Assembly (NCBI GenBank): GCA_965213705.1
Contig: OZ243913.1
Span: forward strand, 96,001 to 160,000
Source: Trueperaceae bacterium
GTDB taxonomy: Bacteria; Deinococcota; Deinococci; Deinococcales; Trueperaceae
Length of the DNA stretch: 64,000 nucleotides
Direction: 5' to 3'
The position numbers were made by a program, and so were the translations under genes. The first letter of the stretch is position 1. Each line of letters begins with the position of its first letter. Below, piece after piece: positions 59,813 through 64,000 of this stretch. The notes beneath the pieces are model-generated. The model saw only the letters and a program-made list of their open reading frames with translations, had not been told where the DNA came from and did no database searches.

Positions 59813-59893
59813 AGGGTAGGGAAGTAGGAGGTAGGTAGTGGGGGGTAAAAGCCTTTGACTTTACTCCCTACTCCCTACTCCCACTCCCCCACT
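59813..59893. repeat. Heptamer-based imperfect palindrome (gggagta / tactccc)
   Basis: gggtagggaagtaggaggtaggtagtggggg ... tactccctactccctactcccactccccact, between dctP and the permease gene. Confidence 0.65.
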
Positions 59894-59897
59894 AACC

Positions 59898-61796
59898 ATG
59901 ACGATTGAGCACAGCCTCGAGTCCTCCCTTTCCTGGGCGGGACGGCTCGAGCTTTACTTCACCAACCTGGTGCGCACGCTTTGCGCCGCGCTGCTCCTCG
60001 GCATCGTCGCGGTCATCGTGTGGCAGGTTGTGGCGCGCTACGTGCCGGGCTTGCGTATTCCGCGCTGGACCGAAGAGGTCAGCCTCATCCTGATGGTGTG
60101 GCTGTCGATGCTCGGCAGCGGTTTAGCGATTCGCGCGGGCGAACATTTAGCGGTGGACGTGGTCATGCGGCAATTTCCCCGCGCGCTGCAGACCTTCGTG
60201 ACGCGCGCGGTGTGGTTGTTGGTCGTCGGCTTCGGCGCGTACCTCGTTTTTTACGGCTACGAACTGAGCAGCAAGACGTTCGTGCAAACCTTTTCAGCAA
60301 CCAAATTACCCATCGGCGTGATGTACCTGGGCATCCCGTTCGGCGGCGTGCTCATCATCTTTTACGCGCTGCGCAACCTGTTTGGCAGACCCATCGTGAA
60401 TGACGAGGTGCCCCAGCGCAACCTCACACTGCGCCTCGCCTTGAGCGTTATCGGCTTGGTGCTGTTGGCTGGCAGCGTGGCGATTTTGGGGTTTGAGAAC
60501 TTGCTGAGCCCGGTTGGAATTCTGCTCGGCTCGCTCGCGTTGCTGCTGGTCGTCGGGGTGCCCATCGCGGTGGCGCTCGGGGTGGCTTGCCTCATAACCG
60601 TGTTCAACTTGGGGCTGCCGCCCTTGATTGTCGCGCAGCGGATGGCGAACGGCATCAACTCGACGCCGCTCTTAGCGATTCCCTTTTTTATCCTGGCGGG
60701 CCAGATTATGGCCGAGGGGGGCATCGCAGGGCGGCTGGTGGACTTTGCTCGAGTCCTCGTCGGCCCGGTGCGGGGCGGTTTGGCGATGGTCAACGTCGTC
60801 GCCTCGATGCTCTTCGGCGGCGCGTCGGGCTCGGCGGTCGCCGACGTGAGCGCGAACGGCTCTATCCTCATCCCGATGATGAAAAGCAAAGGCTACGACA
60901 CCGACTTCGCCGTCGGCGTCACCGTCGCGAGTTCGACCCAAGGGCTGATCATCCCGCCAAGCCACAACGCGGTGATTTACAGCCTCGCGGCGGGCGGCGT
61001 CTCCATCGGGGCGCTCTTTCTGGCGGGCTACATTCCCGGCATCATGATTGGCTTGTCCTTGATGGTGGCGAGTTACTTCTTGGCGTTGCGGCGCGGCTAC
61101 CCGACCGACGTGCGGCCCCCGTTCGGCGCGAGTTTGCGCATCACCGTCGGCGCGATTCCGGCGCTCTTGGTCGGGCTCATCATCGTCGGCGGCATCGCCT
61201 TTGGCTGGTTTACCGCGACCGAGGCGGCGGCCATCGGCACGGTGGTGGCCTTTGTCGTGGCAGCGTTTGTTTACAGAGAATTACCCCTTGCCAAGCTGTG
61301 GAGCGCCACGCTGCAGTCGGTGCGCACCATCGCAATCGTCATTTTCCTCATCGCCACGGCGAGTTCGTTCGCCTGGCTCATGGCTTACCTCCGCATCCCG
61401 AGCGCGCTGGCGAACGGGATTTTGGCCCTCAGCGACAACCCCATCGTGCTCCTCGCCATGATCAATATTTTGCTGCTCCTCCTCGGCGCGATTATGGACA
61501 TGGCCCCGCTGATTTTAATTCTGACGCCGGTGCTGCTGCCCATCGTCACCGCCGACCCCATCAACATGAGTCCGGTGCATTTCGGAATTGTACTCCTGAT
61601 GAATTTGGGCCTGGGACTTACCACGCCGCCAGTCGGCACGGCGCTGTTCGTCGGCTGCGCCATCGGCGAAATCCCCATTGAGCGGGCGAGCCGGGCGATG
61701 CTCACGCTGTGGCCGGTGATGCTGGTGGTGCTGCTGCTGGTGACGTATTTTCCGTGGTTTGTCAACGTGTTGCCGAGGTTGTTCGGGGGGTTGTGA
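59898..61796 (+). CDS. TRAP transporter fused small+large permease (DctQ-DctM)
   Basis: WTEE, GEHLAVD (DctQ), then LLAIPFFILAG, SGSAVAD, IIPPS, TATEA, TPPVG (DctM). Confidence 0.94.
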   Translation: MTIEHSLESSLSWAGRLELYFTNLVRTLCAALLLGIVAVIVWQVVARYVPGLRIPRWTEEVSLILMVWLSMLGSGLAIRAGEHLAVDVVMRQFPRALQTFVTRAVWLLVVGFGAYLVFYGYELSSKTFVQTFSATKLPIGVMYLGIPFGGVLIIFYALRNLFGRPIVNDEVPQRNLTLRLALSVIGLVLLAGSVAILGFENLLSPVGILLGSLALLLVVGVPIAVALGVACLITVFNLGLPPLIVAQRMANGINSTPLLAIPFFILAGQIMAEGGIAGRLVDFARVLVGPVRGGLAMVNVVASMLFGGASGSAVADVSANGSILIPMMKSKGYDTDFAVGVTVASSTQGLIIPPSHNAVIYSLAAGGVSIGALFLAGYIPGIMIGLSLMVASYFLALRRGYPTDVRPPFGASLRITVGAIPALLVGLIIVGGIAFGWFTATEAAAIGTVVAFVVAAFVYRELPLAKLWSATLQSVRTIAIVIFLIATASSFAWLMAYLRIPSALANGILALSDNPIVLLAMINILLLLLGAIMDMAPLILILTPVLLPIVTADPINMSPVHFGIVLLMNLGLGLTTPPVGTALFVGCAIGEIPIERASRAMLTLWPVMLVVLLLVTYFPWFVNVLPRLFGGL

Positions 61797-61876
61797 GGAA
61801 GATTTGATTGATTATCCCGCACATCGCGAGATAATCAAAATCAAACCTTACCTGATTTTTGTAATTTAGCAGCCCT

Positions 61877-62914
61877 CTACTTTTGCTCTAGGTAGTTTTT
61901 CAACCTCACCATTTCCAGTTGCCAAACAATTTCAGCTTTGTAGAGCTTGAAACCAAGTTCATTGTTGATAGCCAGCATCGGCGCATTTGAGTTAGCGTTA
62001 CCGGTACGGATGCGCTTGGCGACCGGACGCTCTTCTAAAACCTTCCGAATCATGGCGGCTTTGAGCCATTTGCCCAAGCCGTTACCCTGGTATTCAGGCA
62101 AAACGCCTGTGGCCTGCTGGTCGAGGTTCTCGGGGTTTTCTGGAAACCAGTAGGTTATGGTGAAGCCAGCTAACTTTTTAGAGGCTTTATGCCGAACATA
62201 AAGTACCCACCGTTCGACCCCTCGAGCTAAATCGTAAGCCTCGCCTTCACGCAAGTGCTCGGGTTTCGTTTGCCAGTCTTCCATCTCCAGGTCATCTCGA
62301 GGCGCTGTGTTCATAACCTCGAAAAGTTCGGCTACGGCGTCGATTTCATCATCAGGGTAACGACTTCCCCAAAAGCCCATTTCAAACTCACGAGCTTTCG
62401 TGTCGGCAAGGTCCAACCAATCAGCCAAGAGTTTTTCGTCTACCTCTTTTAAGACAAGCTGATTCACACCCGCCTCTGAGCCTTTGGTTGCCCCGACGTG
62501 CGTAGCAAAATCCTGACCAGCGGGTATAAATGAGGTTGTTGAGCCTGTGACAAGTCTTCGGTTGTATTTCTCGGCAAACGCGAGCACTTTTTCAAGAAGG
62601 GGTTTTGTGTAGCCCATTCTTCGGTAAGGCTTCACCACATGAAGCCCCATCGAAAAAAGGTGGAGGTTATTTTCGTCGAAGGCTACAGTCAAGAACAGCT
62701 CAGCAACGATTTTTTCGTCTTCCCACAGATGCCATACTTCGAGGTCAGCCCCTTCGATGAGTTTCCAGCTCTGGGCGTTTTTGATACTGAACTCGAGGGA
62801 CGGGTGGGGGTCGTCGGGCTCTGTTTCTTGACCTACGCTGTTTAAGTAATCATGGCGGGTCTTAAAGTAAGCGTCGCTGGCAGTTTCTGGGTCAAACAAG
62901 ATTAGTTCCGGCAT
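61877..62914 (-). CDS. Tandem GNAT acetyltransferase
   Basis: V.KPYRRMG and TGVLPEYQGNGLGKWLK motif-A segments, TGNANSNAPMLAIN..LGF; AAGGAGG RBS; lower GC. Confidence 0.9.
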   Translation of the reverse strand: MPELILFDPETASDAYFKTRHDYLNSVGQETEPDDPHPSLEFSIKNAQSWKLIEGADLEVWHLWEDEKIVAELFLTVAFDENNLHLFSMGLHVVKPYRRMGYTKPLLEKVLAFAEKYNRRLVTGSTTSFIPAGQDFATHVGATKGSEAGVNQLVLKEVDEKLLADWLDLADTKAREFEMGFWGSRYPDDEIDAVAELFEVMNTAPRDDLEMEDWQTKPEHLREGEAYDLARGVERWVLYVRHKASKKLAGFTITYWFPENPENLDQQATGVLPEYQGNGLGKWLKAAMIRKVLEERPVAKRIRTGNANSNAPMLAINNELGFKLYKAEIVWQLEMVRLKNYLEQK

Positions 62915-63403
62915 GTCTTGCCTCCTTCAAAGGCATAAAACGGCTGTGTGAACAGAGCGCTGAACAGGAAATGTAGCGCCGCACTTTGCACTACTGCTTG
63001 GCGATTGAACTGTTAAAGAAACAGAAATTGCTCGCACACAGACTGTTGAGCTTTACCAAAGCTTGCGGCAAGTGGTAACCACACTCTCGTGACAGTCCGA
63101 TGAACATCCCGAGGGCGTTAGAGCTTCGTGTTAAACAAAGCTGGAAGTTTTAGGCAAGAGCTTTCAAAGTGCATTAAGGATGACACAAAATGGACCTGAC
63201 TGTCCAGTGTCCAAAAACTTCCAAAAATAATGCAAAGGGGTCAACTGAAATAGGGTGGATAATTGTAGGGTGATACAAGGGTTTGGCTTATTGGGTAGAG
63301 TCGTAAAGGTGGACTTGGAAGGTTTCAAATTTTACCCCTCGAGCCGTCTCTGCTCCTGAGCTTGGGTCGTTAGACCACCTTTCAAAATTTACTGGACTCA
63401 GAG

Positions 63404-63432
63404 TTGTCAAATCTACGGCAATGCCGTATAAT
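63404..63432 (+). promoter_or_regulatory. Toxin-antitoxin promoter with overlapping operator
   Basis: TTGTCA-17-TATAAT. The palindrome tacggca-a-tgccgta (63414-63428) lies in the spacer and overlaps the -10. The ATG is 5 nt downstream (leaderless). Confidence 0.8.
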
Positions 63433-63437
63433 TATTG

Positions 63438-63752
63438 ATGCTCGAGTTTGTTGAGACACCCTTGTTCACCAGGCTTGTCGAGCGTTACCTACCAGATGAC
63501 GGGTACGTCGAACTTCAAAATTATCTTGCGGAACATCCCGAGGCTGGAGATGTTGTCCGAGGTTCAGGCGGTGTCCACAAACTTCGTTGGGCTATGCAAG
63601 GTCAGGGCAAGCGCGGGGGGATGAGAGTCATCTACTATCTTAAGCTTACCGAAAACCGTATTTGGATGCTTACCCTTTACGCAAAAAATGTTAGAGAAAC
63701 GATATCTACGCACATACTCAAACAGATCAAGGAGGCTATCGACGATGAGTGA
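63438..63752 (+). CDS. RelE/HigB-2 family toxin
   Basis: FVETPLF, P.AGDVVRGSGGV.KLRW...GKRGG.RVIYY, LTLYAKN. Confidence 0.92.
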   Translation: MLEFVETPLFTRLVERYLPDDGYVELQNYLAEHPEAGDVVRGSGGVHKLRWAMQGQGKRGGMRVIYYLKLTENRIWMLTLYAKNVRETISTHILKQIKEAIDDE

Positions 63753-64000
63753 CGAAGAATTAGCTCAGTGGGAACGGGAGCGTGACCTCGGGCAAGAAAT
63801 TTTAGAAGGCATCAAAGACCTTAAAGCTGGCAAGGCTGGCCGCAGTTTCACCGCTGAGTCTTTTTTCATTGTACGTGCAAGGGAAAAGTCGGGTTTGAGC
63901 CAAAGTCGGTTTGCCAAACTTCTTGGGGTATCGGTGCGGACGCTTCAAGATTGGGAGCAGGGTCGGCGCGAGCCTTCGGGGGCGGCAAAAACTTTACTCA
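63745..64000 (+). CDS. XRE/HigA-type HTH antitoxin (truncated by the window end)
   Basis: Manual translation MSDEELAQWERERDLGQEILEGIKDLKAG...AREKSGLSQSRFAKLLGVSVRTLQDWEQGRREPSGAAKTLL; overlaps the toxin stop; AAGGAGG RBS. Confidence 0.9.
   Translation, partial: MSDEELAQWERERDLGQEILEGIKDLKAGKAGRSFTAESFFIVRAREKSGLSQSRFAKLLGVSVRTLQDWEQGRREPSGAAKTLL

Noticed and set aside
62915..63400. Riboswitch or sRNA upstream of the GNAT gene
   Set aside because: No consensus of a known class was recognised.

Overview
A high-GC chromosomal window from a Deinococcota bacterium, most likely Truepera-like (Trueperaceae). The basis is the 16S rRNA, a stand-alone 16S with no linked 23S, many leaderless genes and the gene content. 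It carries about 55 CDSs. Housekeeping genes include galT, an ftsB-like gene, pccB, recA, galE, glmM, hpt, an rluB-like gene and psuG. There is one 16S rRNA gene, two HD-GYP c-di-GMP phosphodiesterases, a SARP/BTAD-ATPase-TPR regulator, a YsnF/fasciclin stress operon, a PadR operon with two paralogous membrane proteins, a Thermotoga-type hexuronate cluster (LacI, uxaE, uxuB-like, LarA-family, uxaC, TRAP) and a HigBA-type toxin-antitoxin pair at the right edge. Signals not in the ORF track: (1) a c-di-GMP-II riboswitch (31682-31754) directly downstream of a cupin-HD-GYP gene and upstream of an unannotated 44-aa secreted peptide gene, a candidate c-di-GMP/peptide signalling module; (2) a dispersed, hairpin-forming intergenic repeat family with a fixed loop 17-mer (TACAGCTCGTAAACCTT) and stems of varying sequence; (3) further small secreted ORFs, one broken by an in-frame TGA; (4) CTCGAG enrichment, GATC avoidance and many 11-21 bp tandem micro-duplications. 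No CRISPR array, tRNA, transposase or prophage gene was recognised. All calls are by eye, without database searches.
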